Part shown: in pieces, positions 8,072-16,922 of the stretch | Position numbering within the stretch: the first letter of the stretch is position 1 | How the letters are laid out: the number at the start of each line of letters is the position of its first letter | Assembly (NCBI GenBank): GCA_963674695.2 | Contig: CAXXGI010000002.1 | Location: 160,001-224,000 of the forward strand | DNA from: a bacterium | Lineage (GTDB): Bacteria > UBA10199 > 2-02-FULL-44-16 > JAAZCA01 | Length of the DNA stretch: 64,000 nt | Reading direction: 5' to 3' | Position numbers and translations under genes: made by a program | Notes under the pieces: generated by a model | Told to the model about the DNA's origin: nothing | The model's database searches: none | What the model saw: only the letters and a program-made list of their open reading frames with translations

Positions 8072-9505
8072 CTATCCAAACACCACCGGCAGATCTACAC
8101 CTGTCAAAGTATATTGCCTTACATATCGACCAATGCCGAGGGACATGACTAGGTCGTCGTGCTTGCCGGACTGGGCCTCTGCCTTGCCCTTCTTTGACCA
8201 TGCAAAATGGAGGAGTTCGTTGACCGTGCGGATTCCCTGAACCCCGATCGTTTCGTCGCGTATGCTCCGGTCGAGTTCCTCGATGATGAGCGGTCTTGTT
8301 AATGAGTTCGTAGGAAATCCAAGGTCTAACTGGTTCTTGGGCTTCAGGGGATTGACATATTCATAGATATTCGGGTAATCGCCGTTTTGAAAATACAGAT
8401 TCGTGGCAATGCCCATGTTGTTATTTTCAATCGCAGAGAGCGCATAGTGATATTTTACCCCAAGCTTGAAAAGCCTGTCGTTAAATTCCTTCAGTGGAAT
8501 GTGCGTCCTGTATTCAGCCATTTGCTTGCCTGTCGACCGGTCTAAGATATGTGCCGCGTGATAGTCTCCGGCGCCTCCCTTTGCCGGATCCGCACATAAA
8601 ATATAATCTCTGTTTGTCTGGGGAGTTTCGAAGATATAAAGGCCGCACTTGAAATTCGGGTCAATTTCTTCAGAATAAAATTCTTCGATGGGTTCTATCA
8701 TCGAGCACTCTTCCTGCAATGCCCGGAGCGCTGCGACGTCAAAGACAAGGTTTCCGCTAGATATAAAATCCCCATAAACCTCTTGGGCCAGTTGCAATGA
8801 GCTCATATTGGCCTTTTGAATCTGCAGCCACATATTATCTCGTTCGGGGTGATACCACCAGTTGATCCGGATCGGATTGAAAAGGCTCTTGCCCTCTAAT
8901 GTGCGTGTCCAAAGTTCATAAAAGAAATTATCCATACCGTTCGGCGTACTAAGGATGATGGCCGAACCGCCGGTGCTAAGTGTTGGAAACGATGCCTGCC
9001 ATATATCCTGAATCCACCTGACAAATGCGGCCTCATCAATGATCAATAGAGACAGAGACTCCGAGCGACCGGCCTCCTCAGATGTCGGCACAGATTCCAC
9101 TTCACTATCTGTGGAGAACGACATCTTGGACATATTGTTATCGACGAGTTCAGGTTTTAGAAACGGTGGGAGGTTGTTGTAAAGAAAGCGAACCTTTTTG
9201 AGCAGTGCCTTTGCTGTTGCATCCTTGATCGAGATCATGAGGACTTTCTTGTCCTCAAAAAATATCGTGAGCCACAGGGCAACACCTGCCACCAGCCAGC
9301 TAAGCCCCATCTGTCTGCATTTTAAGACGATATTAAATGGACTTTGGAGAAATCTATTGAGTGTTATCTGCTGGAAACGGTAGAGTTTGAAGGGAACCTT
9401 GCCCCGCATAGGATCACGTATGAATCCATAGGTATCCAAAAAATAATTGGGTGAAGATTTACACTTTGCAAGTTCTTCCAATTCATACGCGGTTAATGGC
9501 TCCAT
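8072..9505 (-). CDS. Terminase large subunit (T4 gp17-like)
   Basis: KCRQMGLS (Walker A variant), LIIDEAAF (Walker B), LSTPNG coupling motif, ADPAKG...D and HDDLVMS RNase H-like nuclease motifs. Confidence 0.93.
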   Translation of the reverse strand: MEPLTAYELEELAKCKSSPNYFLDTYGFIRDPMRGKVPFKLYRFQQITLNRFLQSPFNIVLKCRQMGLSWLVAGVALWLTIFFEDKKVLMISIKDATAKALLKKVRFLYNNLPPFLKPELVDNNMSKMSFSTDSEVESVPTSEEAGRSESLSLLIIDEAAFVRWIQDIWQASFPTLSTGGSAIILSTPNGMDNFFYELWTRTLEGKSLFNPIRINWWYHPERDNMWLQIQKANMSSLQLAQEVYGDFISSGNLVFDVAALRALQEECSMIEPIEEFYSEEIDPNFKCGLYIFETPQTNRDYILCADPAKGGAGDYHAAHILDRSTGKQMAEYRTHIPLKEFNDRLFKLGVKYHYALSAIENNNMGIATNLYFQNGDYPNIYEYVNPLKPKNQLDLGFPTNSLTRPLIIEELDRSIRDETIGVQGIRTVNELLHFAWSKKGKAEAQSGKHDDLVMSLGIGRYVRQYTLTGVDLPVVFG

Positions 9506-9507
9506 GA

Positions 9508-10299
9508 TTACTTCGCATCTTCCGTTGCCTCAAACTCTTCAAACCCCTGATTTGGATTTCTGTCTCCATGCCCCATGACTGCAACATCCTGTTTGGGCAG
9601 ATTCGATGGGATCTTCGATTCAATCAGGCGAATGGCCTCTGTAAAATGAATCGGTTGTTCGCCATTCGCGTTCGGATGTATATCCACATGGATATTTGGA
9701 ACAGGAAGCCTCTTTTCCGAACCGTGCGTAAATAAAGAGAGGAAGTCGCTCAGTGCATGTGATGTACTCGACAGGATCTTCAGGCTCTCAGACTTTTGGC
9801 TATAGAGATTCCGAAGATATGACATGAGGCTTGTTACTTTTTTTCGCTTCCTGTTGAATTCCGTATAGCTGCCCTCGGACAACGCAAAGGCATAATCGAA
9901 CTCCTTTGTGATCCTTGAAATTTGGCTGTCCAACTGATCCGCGTATATAACCGCTCTCGCACGATCATCTTGTATCTGATAGAGCAGTTTTGAAGCCACG
10001 CTGAATATTTGTCGGCGGACGCTCTCCCTATCCTCAAACTGCTTTGTAAAATCCTTTTGAACCTGTGCAATAAGTTTAGAAAGTTGGTTTTCTGTAACAC
10101 CCATCTTACCGGCCAGTTGAACCTGTGTCAGGCGCTCACCGTCGAGAACGTAACCGTTGCACTGCCACGACATTACAGCCTCGATCTTATGTTTTAGGGA
10201 AAGGCTATCCAGACGTTCATTGCCAGTGGCCTCTTTTGCGATCTTCAGGCGGGATAGCCTTTTGCGTCTCGCCCGTGTTTTTTTATTCATTTCTTGCAC
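9508..10299 (-). CDS. Hypothetical phage protein with HTH and coiled coil; possible terminase small subunit
   Basis: Ends 2 bp before TerL start; LTQVQLAGKMGVTENQLSKLI HTH-like segment. Confidence 0.45.
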   Translation of the reverse strand: MQEMNKKTRARRKRLSRLKIAKEATGNERLDSLSLKHKIEAVMSWQCNGYVLDGERLTQVQLAGKMGVTENQLSKLIAQVQKDFTKQFEDRESVRRQIFSVASKLLYQIQDDRARAVIYADQLDSQISRITKEFDYAFALSEGSYTEFNRKRKKVTSLMSYLRNLYSQKSESLKILSSTSHALSDFLSLFTHGSEKRLPVPNIHVDIHPNANGEQPIHFTEAIRLIESKIPSNLPKQDVAVMGHGDRNPNQGFEEFEATEDAK

Positions 10300-10676
10300 A
10301 AGTTCCTCTTGGTAGAAATGGTGACTTCGCTCGGCTCTTCAATCACCTCCATGAACTTTATTATGCGTGGATACTCCCTTCGCATCTTCTTGAAGATAGC
10401 TCGGATCCATACAGGTGTTACCTCGTATTTATCGGCAAGGAGCCGGACAGTTTCATTGCATTGGGCATGACAGATTGTCTCGTAGATATCGATATTGCGT
10501 TTCAATTCCTTTATCTTTGTGTAGGATGGTATGGTGAGTTTCACCCCTCCAAATATAGATATCAGTTTTAGTGTGTCTTCCTCTCCGATCTCCTCGTAAA
10601 TTTCTGGCAGGAGTGTGTCTCTGTATAGATAATAAATCATCTGCTTCAGACCAAAGTCCAAACGTGTTCTTACCAT
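10287..10676 (-). CDS. Mor/C-family transcription activator
   Basis: IGEEDTLKLISIFGGVKLTIP...RNIDIY...VRLLADKYEVTPVWIRAI matches the Mu Mor/C pattern; ATG 10676 follows the sigma stop. Confidence 0.8.
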   Translation of the reverse strand: MVRTRLDFGLKQMIYYLYRDTLLPEIYEEIGEEDTLKLISIFGGVKLTIPSYTKIKELKRNIDIYETICHAQCNETVRLLADKYEVTPVWIRAIFKKMRREYPRIIKFMEVIEEPSEVTISTKRNLCKK

Positions 10677-10677
10677 T

Positions 10678-11277
10678 TTAAACCTCTGCAAAATTCTTAC
10701 GAAGAACGACAAGGGCATAATCGACCAAAAAATCGATCTCTTTGGGTGGCCTGCCGCTCAACTTACACAACTCGTTGATAATCTGTTTTCTGTTCCTGTC
10801 GAATGACCGAAAGTACAATGCAACGCCGATCCTCCTGATAATATAGACCGCTAATGCACCATTAAATCGAGTATGAACCTTAATACTCAAATATTGTTCT
10901 ACGGGGGCTGCCGACTTGTCCTCGTGATTTATATAGGGTTCCACATCTTCAACCATGAGCGATCTGTTGTCCGATTTATTCCGTCGAAAATAGCTCGCAA
11001 TCCTGTTGGACAGACATTTATAAAGGAATGTCTTTAGAGACCCGCGTTCCGGATCCCACCTGTGCAATTTTTCCAAGATTTCAACCCAACACTCCTGCTT
11101 GAGATCATCAACAATATTCTCGGAATATCTTCTGGAATAAATAAAGCTTCTGATTAACGAATTCAGGTATCCATGAATACTATCAAATGCAGCATTATTG
11201 CCGGCAATATATGCCAGCGCATTAGTTCTGATTTTTGTCTGCTGCAAGGCATCTTGTCTCTCGTTTGATATGTTCAT
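10678..11277 (-). CDS. Phage-encoded sigma-70-family factor (region 2 clear, region 4 divergent)
   Basis: DDLKQECWVEILEKLHRWDPERGSLKTFLYKCLSNRIASYFRR. Confidence 0.75.
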   Translation of the reverse strand: MNISNERQDALQQTKIRTNALAYIAGNNAAFDSIHGYLNSLIRSFIYSRRYSENIVDDLKQECWVEILEKLHRWDPERGSLKTFLYKCLSNRIASYFRRNKSDNRSLMVEDVEPYINHEDKSAAPVEQYLSIKVHTRFNGALAVYIIRRIGVALYFRSFDRNRKQIINELCKLSGRPPKEIDFLVDYALVVLRKNFAEV

Positions 11278-11545
11278 ATGTTTTTCTGCTCCACGTAAAT
11301 CTTGGAAGATAACGGTCTGGTATATCAAGCGCATTCAGGGTCTGAGGATGAGACCCCTTTTTTGCGCAATGAAAACTCATCCGGAATTTTCCAAGAGAGG
11401 GAAAGAGTATCTCTCTTCGCTGAATTAAGTCTCTCACGATCAGATCAGTTACCGCATCAAGAACCTTTGCGATCTGATACTGATACAGGCCGGTTGTTCG
11501 GGCTACTCTCTCGATAACTTCTGCACGATGTGTTTTATTTTTCAT
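11222..11545 (-). CDS. HU/IHF-family DNA-binding protein
   Basis: EVIERVARTTGL...ILFPSLGKFRM...GSHPQT...IPDRYLPRFT. Confidence 0.8.
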   Translation of the reverse strand: MKNKTHRAEVIERVARTTGLYQYQIAKVLDAVTDLIVRDLIQRREILFPSLGKFRMSFHCAKKGSHPQTLNALDIPDRYLPRFTWSRKTYEHIKRETRCLAADKNQN

Positions 11546-11567
11546 ATTGTGATGTCGCCCAGAATAT

Positions 11568-11777
11568 TCATTCCTTTTTGTCCTTTGCGGTCTTTGTTTT
11601 CTTTTCTCTTCGCATCTCCTGTTCGATCTCCTGTCTTAAAAGATAAGTGATCGAACCAAGAGTTCTACGGATCTCCGCCTTTACCGTGTCGTGCAGTGTT
11701 TGCAGATCATTGCCGAACTTAGTAGACAGGCGGTGATACGTAACGTCGATTATCTTCTGAATTTTCGATGGCTCCAT
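11568..11777 (-). CDS. Hypothetical protein (69 aa)
   Basis: AAAGGAG RBS, in operon. Confidence 0.6.
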   Translation of the reverse strand: MEPSKIQKIIDVTYHRLSTKFGNDLQTLHDTVKAEIRRTLGSITYLLRQEIEQEMRREKKTKTAKDKKE

Positions 11778-11796
11778 ACATGCTCCTTTCCGTCAT

Positions 11797-12297
11797 TTAA
11801 GTGGCAAACATTGCCTGCACACGATCAATATAAATTTTCAGCACTCTTTCGAATTCCTTTAGATTGTTGCCGGTAAAATAGTATTGTCCGCAACACTTCT
11901 CATGGCTGATTGATTGGCGAATCTCGGGTGGAAAACTCTCGCGCTTTTTGAGACGAACGAAGCGCACAGTTCCATTGAGACGCATTGTCTGAAGGCGTGA
12001 GCAATATAGCAAGCTACGGCCTTTATTATCTTTTATGGCAATATAGTATCGTCTGAAATGTGCTCTGAGACCAACGGATTCACAGAGCTCGATAATCTGG
12101 CTGACGATTTTAGAAATCGGCGGTTTGAGATAGGCGCTTGAATTTGTCTTTGATGTCTCTTTTGTCGATGCAAAGACAGATTGTCTGATATTTCTCTGAA
12201 CTTCCTGCCTGCATTCTGAACGGACCTCACATATATCCCTGCATGGTGTCAAAAGTTGGTCATAGAGTAGTCCGAAACAATCATTTTTCTTTTCCAT
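11797..12297 (-). CDS. Hypothetical protein with N-terminal Cys cluster
   Basis: CFGLLYD...PCRDICEVRSEC; first gene of the HU/sigma/Mor/TerL run. Confidence 0.6.
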   Translation of the reverse strand: MEKKNDCFGLLYDQLLTPCRDICEVRSECRQEVQRNIRQSVFASTKETSKTNSSAYLKPPISKIVSQIIELCESVGLRAHFRRYYIAIKDNKGRSLLYCSRLQTMRLNGTVRFVRLKKRESFPPEIRQSISHEKCCGQYYFTGNNLKEFERVLKIYIDRVQAMFAT

Positions 12298-12413
12298 CGC
12301 ATTTCATTATCTCTGAAGCGATGAAATATTTCAAATAAAAATGAGACAATTCATTTGGTATTACGCATAGTTAGCGCATTTTACGCACCGGTGATGCAAA
12401 AAATAGCTGCCGT

Positions 12414-12593
12414 CTATCTTTTTGATTTCCAGTCGATGATCCTTCCAGCGATCGATTTGATGATGCCGGGGAGATTCACCTTTGTGAAGGCGGTGATCAG
12501 AAGAAAGATAACCGTTACTCCTCCGGCGATCCATTCAATGGGGCCGCCCTGTGTAAAATAGGAAACGCACTGTTCGAGATCTGTCTGTGTCAT
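12414..12593 (-). CDS. Unannotated 59-aa single-TM protein in the lysis cassette (holin/spanin-like?)
   Basis: Manual translation MTQTDLEQCVSYFTQGGPIEWIAGGVTVIFLLITAFTKVNLPGIIKSIAGRIIDWKSKR; AAAGGAG RBS; starts 11 bp after the amidase stop. Confidence 0.7.
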   Translation of the reverse strand: MTQTDLEQCVSYFTQGGPIEWIAGGVTVIFLLITAFTKVNLPGIIKSIAGRIIDWKSKR

Positions 12594-12604
12594 ATATCTC
12601 CTTT

Positions 12605-13129
12605 CTAATCCCTTATGTGATGAGGGCCGAAACGGATTTTTTCATATGGCAGAACGCCGAATATAAACTCCCTCAAGTCCTTCATATTGATGTCGGGACA
12701 GGTTTTGTTCGGATCGATTTCATGGTGACCGATGAAGTCCTGCTTGGAAAGATGCGGCCACGTTTTTTTGAGTTGCTGACACAGGGTTTCAAGTGTGAGT
12801 ATTTGTTTTGTTGTGAATATGCCGTCTTTTCCAATCAGGCATATTCCGACCGAGTCTCTGTTCCAACCATAGGCATGCGCTCCGATCTCGCTATCCTCTA
12901 TAAACGTATCATCGTCAAAAGGCCGTCCCCACTCGATCTGCCCATCTGCCCAATGCCATCTCTTCTTTTCTATATACATCTCATTGGTCGGTATTCCGTT
13001 TGTAATGACAGCGCCATAGCCGATACATTTCCATCCGCGCTTGCGGTGCCAATTGTCTATCAAGAGTGCTGTCCCCCACGGGGAATCGCTTGAATGAATA
13101 ATGACTTTTCTGATTTTCTTCACATGCAC
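12605..13129 (-). CDS. Endolysin, N-acetylmuramoyl-L-alanine amidase (T7 lysozyme-like)
   Basis: VIIHSSDS, IDNWHRKRGW, IGAHAYGWN, GICLIG, GHHE...KTCP. Confidence 0.92.
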   Translation of the reverse strand: MHVKKIRKVIIHSSDSPWGTALLIDNWHRKRGWKCIGYGAVITNGIPTNEMYIEKKRWHWADGQIEWGRPFDDDTFIEDSEIGAHAYGWNRDSVGICLIGKDGIFTTKQILTLETLCQQLKKTWPHLSKQDFIGHHEIDPNKTCPDINMKDLREFIFGVLPYEKIRFGPHHIRD

Positions 13130-13132
13130 CTC

Positions 13133-13477
13133 CTAGTCTTTGAGTTCGCGTATATCCTGCTCCACCAGGCTTAGGTCTCTACGCGTTGCCTTCATCTCGT
13201 TGACCATCTCCTGAAATGCCTTTGTCTGAACATCGATATTGTCGCTTAATTTTCTGATCGCATCTTCAAGAGAACGGCGGACGTACCAAATCTTGACGCC
13301 ATCATTGTCTGTGACGTTGTGCCAATTCCAAAGATCCTCGACCCAATTGTACATTTCGGTAAACTTGCGATCCGGATAACCACCATTCTTCCGAATGCGC
13401 AGAAAATTAAGAACCTCTCTGATTACCAATACGGCGAATATTCCGCCGACTCCTAGTTCTGTAACAGTGTTCATCAT
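13133..13477 (-). CDS. Probable holin (N-terminal TM + coiled coil)
   Basis: LGVGGIFAVLVIREVL TM segment; directly upstream of the amidase. Confidence 0.6.
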   Translation of the reverse strand: MMNTVTELGVGGIFAVLVIREVLNFLRIRKNGGYPDRKFTEMYNWVEDLWNWHNVTDNDGVKIWYVRRSLEDAIRKLSDNIDVQTKAFQEMVNEMKATRRDLSLVEQDIRELKD

Positions 13478-13489
13478 TGGCTAAACCTC

Positions 13490-14152
13490 TTAACAACAGT
13501 TCACGCGCAAGCTTTTTGAAATCAAGACCTCTCCCTTTGAATCTTTAACGTAACATCTGGCCAGTTCCTTCGAATTTGTGTCCGGCAGATGCCATTTGAA
13601 AGATGCCTTGCCGTTAACTACATTGATTATTCCATTTCTTGGCGTAATTCGTCCGTGCGTGCATTCGGCTGCAAATTCTCCATCGATGTCGTTTACATTT
13701 TTATCCTTATCATGTTTTTCAATATCGCTTTGAGTGGTCTTAACCTGAACCTCCATATCCAGAGTCACCTCTCCTTCGGTATCAACGTCGTGAAGGCGAT
13801 ATCTGTCACGTTCCTCACTTTTTATGACATTGGGACTTTGTTTTATTTTCAGACAGATGTACGGCCGCCTCTCCAGCCTTGTTGTCCCTTCAACTAGAGA
13901 GGGTTTATACTCATTGTATCCATAAGGAATATCGTCGGCGTAGATGAGACCTAAGTTATCAGGGTCATGATCCGTGACGCGTTCAAGAATGTCAGGCCAT
14001 TTGTTTCCGGTTCGGATATCTTCCCAACATTCCGTCAAATCTACGTCCTCATATTTCAACCTGCCGGGATTATCCACATCCTTGACTTGATGAATATTTC
14101 TGCCGATGATTTTATTTGTTACCTTGTCATAAAAATATGCGCATATCGCCAT
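13490..14152 (-). CDS. Hypothetical protein, possible tail-fibre assembly/accessory
   Basis: Start overlaps the fibre gene stop by 1 bp; positional inference. Confidence 0.45.
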   Translation of the reverse strand: MAICAYFYDKVTNKIIGRNIHQVKDVDNPGRLKYEDVDLTECWEDIRTGNKWPDILERVTDHDPDNLGLIYADDIPYGYNEYKPSLVEGTTRLERRPYICLKIKQSPNVIKSEERDRYRLHDVDTEGEVTLDMEVQVKTTQSDIEKHDKDKNVNDIDGEFAAECTHGRITPRNGIINVVNGKASFKWHLPDTNSKELARCYVKDSKGEVLISKSLRVNCC

Positions 14153-15786
14153 TATGAAGGCCCTCCTGTGTTATCGGTACATTCGATTACCCAATACATA
14201 TAACCGCAGACGAGATCTTCGTTTCCTGCGGATTGCTCTAAACGGAACTCCCAATTACCACCGCTATATTGGGGAATGCCCGGAGAATGGAAACCACTGA
14301 AACTTATATATCCCGTGCCTCCAATTTGGGCATTGTTATCGCTGTCGTATCCACCTCCGCCCTGCGTCATATCGATCATCATAATTCCACAGCCGGCCGC
14401 ATCAGATGAAGTGTATCCACCAATCGTGTAGATATCGTTGACGGCGCTGTTTCGAACCTGTTGACCTCTGGCGTTTAGACTTCTGCCTAAAGAGAGGGAA
14501 TGGGTATGGATGCTGATATTTACGCCATCGATAGTTACGCCGGCATCACAGCCCACATTGCCGGTCAGTGTGCCACCACTTCTTAATAGGTACTGTGAAT
14601 GATCGTTATCTCCCAGACCCGCAAGATTGTGATGTTGGATTTGCGGTCCACCTGTTCCTCCCGTATGTCCGTGAGAACCGACATCGACACCATCGACGAG
14701 TCTGCCAGCTGCAAGATCAATATTCTGATTGAACGTCCAGACCTGAGAGATCGTTTCATTTTGGTCTTTGTGCGTATATTGTGGGTGGTCATCATCACCA
14801 AGCCCGCCTAAGCCTCCATGATCGGTTATGTTCACTGAATCTATATAACCTTTTGTTGCGAGATGATTGGCTGCGATGGGATTTTGTCCAATCACCGGCT
14901 GTGCAAAAGTCCACTGGCCATTGACGGTTTCATTCTGATCAATATGAGAGTATTGAGGATGATCATCATCAGCGAGTCCCTGAATATTACCGTGCTCGAT
15001 AGAGCCTTCGGTGAAGTGTATTGTTGCATCGTCTACGTGATCGCTGACATCCACACCATCAACTGTCCCTATCGTTGTGATATTGCCTGTTTCACTATCA
15101 ATGCGTGCCGTTTCTGTGAGACCGTCATCGGAATAGAATATAAGATCGTAACCATTGATAAAACTCTTGTCGCCTTCGATATCCTCGTCACCGAAGTTGT
15201 GAATGACCGTTGCGTCTCCGTGAAGTTTAAGTTCTTCCTTAACGGTCGTGTCGATATCAGCATCTTCAATTGTGCCGTCTCCAAAGGAGATCGTCACATA
15301 GGCAAGTAAAATACCGCCATCGCCGGGGTTGGGCGGGGGATTGGCGTTGCCTATGGTGTCTTCGGCACCTTGATAGAGCTTGAACTCCACATCCTCTTCG
15401 GTGAATTGATAGACAGTATCTCCAAAGCCATCGATTGCCGGTTCTTTGTCCGTTATGTGATAGTAGACATAAACGGAGACAATCTTTTCGTCCCCGGGAT
15501 TTGCTACTTGGATCGGATCGCCATTTGCATCTTCGATAAAGGGGATGTTGTATGTCTGATTGTTGATTATGCGCCGACCATAGGTATCATACGCAACGCC
15601 GGAATTAGCATCGACCGAGAAATTAGGACCGGCACCGCGCTCGGTTACCTCCATGCCGAAGATCACGCCAGTGTCCTGCGTGAGTTCGAGCAGAAGGTTC
15701 CACATTGAGTGGTCGATATCCTGATGATGACTCTCTAGCCAGTCGACGTCCGCCAAGAATCGAAAATACCAGTTGTGTTTATCCAT
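14152..15786 (-). CDS. Tail fibre protein
   Basis: Follows baseplate wedge genes; repeated HxxLxGLxDDDHPQY and VDGVDV-x-H motifs; ANHLATKGYID fibre motif. Confidence 0.75.
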   Translation of the reverse strand: MDKHNWYFRFLADVDWLESHHQDIDHSMWNLLLELTQDTGVIFGMEVTERGAGPNFSVDANSGVAYDTYGRRIINNQTYNIPFIEDANGDPIQVANPGDEKIVSVYVYYHITDKEPAIDGFGDTVYQFTEEDVEFKLYQGAEDTIGNANPPPNPGDGGILLAYVTISFGDGTIEDADIDTTVKEELKLHGDATVIHNFGDEDIEGDKSFINGYDLIFYSDDGLTETARIDSETGNITTIGTVDGVDVSDHVDDATIHFTEGSIEHGNIQGLADDDHPQYSHIDQNETVNGQWTFAQPVIGQNPIAANHLATKGYIDSVNITDHGGLGGLGDDDHPQYTHKDQNETISQVWTFNQNIDLAAGRLVDGVDVGSHGHTGGTGGPQIQHHNLAGLGDNDHSQYLLRSGGTLTGNVGCDAGVTIDGVNISIHTHSLSLGRSLNARGQQVRNSAVNDIYTIGGYTSSDAAGCGIMMIDMTQGGGGYDSDNNAQIGGTGYISFSGFHSPGIPQYSGGNWEFRLEQSAGNEDLVCGYMYWVIECTDNTGGPS

Positions 15787-15797
15787 AAAAGACCTCG

Positions 15798-16913
15798 CTA
15801 ATGTACAAATGTATTTATGCCTACCTCGGAAACTCCGACCTCCCAGTGATCCACAAAACCGGGATCGACGGGCTGAATGATCCCGTAATGGGTATGGGCA
15901 GGCTTCATAAAGTCAGCGATTACGCGCAGTAACGCTTCTTCGTCCTCATCTATGATCTGTGGTGTCTGGATGAAGAAGTGAAAGACCCACGCCCCCGGCC
16001 GATCGCCGTCTGCAGCATTATTCGTCGTCTGGGCGTAGGGGGTGTTTATATTGTCGTCACGAACGAGTTCGGCACCCCAAGCGTATAGATCATCCGGAAT
16101 GCCGTCATCTGTCCTTAGAATAAATCTGACGTTGCCACCCGTTACAGGGAAGAATTTGTGCTGAAAAGTAAATCGCTGCCAATTTGTGGTTATGTTCAGG
16201 ATGGCCTCACTGCTATCCAGAGGGTCGTCCACAGATTGAATGATGGCCTTGATGGAGATCGGATTTTTGGCCTTCAGAAATATCGAACCTGCAAAATCCT
16301 CATCGCCTGTGAAAAAAGGTGTGACCTCCTGATATATTTCAGCTCCCGGCGCACTCATATCGAGCCGGTCGGCCGGTCTCGACCATGGGGTTGGGCCTAC
16401 CGTTTCGTCCGGAAAGACGACTAAGTCCGTCTTGATCCAGTCTGGAACCGTAAAATCCTCGCTCCAGTTGAGGATATTGCAATAGAGCCTGCGGCCACCG
16501 GCGTATGTGGAGAGGCCGAGTTCGCTCGCACCGACATGCCAGCCGTCCTCGGGATAGGCGTGGGGATCGATAATTTCAACATCGAAGCCCATGAGAAATT
16601 TTGACGCCTTGGCGATTCCCTTTTCCTTTCCAAGACCTTTCTGGTTGTACATCGGTATCAGGAGGCGAACGAGTTTTCGCTTTTGAATATCTGTAAGGGG
16701 AAAATCAGAAAACGGACTTCCGAGTTGCGCGAGCATCAGATCAACGAACTCTATCGGGGCAGTGTCCGGATCAGTGATCTGATCGTATTTGATAATCGCC
16801 TGCCTGAATTCCGTGGAGATTTTGGCGACCAGATCCTTCCAGAGTTTCAAAATACCATCAGGATCGTTCTGATGATAAATACGTGGCGGCAGATTTTTTT
16901 CGTTCTCGCTCAT
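15798..16913 (-). CDS. Baseplate wedge / tail protein I-like with carbohydrate-binding-like insert
   Basis: DPDTAPIEFVDLMLAQLG...MYNQKG; ADFMKPAHT; internal NILNWSEDF...WQRFTF...LYAWGAELV beta-sandwich. Confidence 0.75.
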   Translation of the reverse strand: MSENEKNLPPRIYHQNDPDGILKLWKDLVAKISTEFRQAIIKYDQITDPDTAPIEFVDLMLAQLGSPFSDFPLTDIQKRKLVRLLIPMYNQKGLGKEKGIAKASKFLMGFDVEIIDPHAYPEDGWHVGASELGLSTYAGGRRLYCNILNWSEDFTVPDWIKTDLVVFPDETVGPTPWSRPADRLDMSAPGAEIYQEVTPFFTGDEDFAGSIFLKAKNPISIKAIIQSVDDPLDSSEAILNITTNWQRFTFQHKFFPVTGGNVRFILRTDDGIPDDLYAWGAELVRDDNINTPYAQTTNNAADGDRPGAWVFHFFIQTPQIIDEDEEALLRVIADFMKPAHTHYGIIQPVDPGFVDHWEVGVSEVGINTFVH

Positions 16914-16922
16914 AGCTTCCCT

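Noticed and set aside
14152-14500. Diversity-generating retroelement target in the fibre tip
   Set aside because: No reverse transcriptase and no template repeat differing at adenines seen in the window
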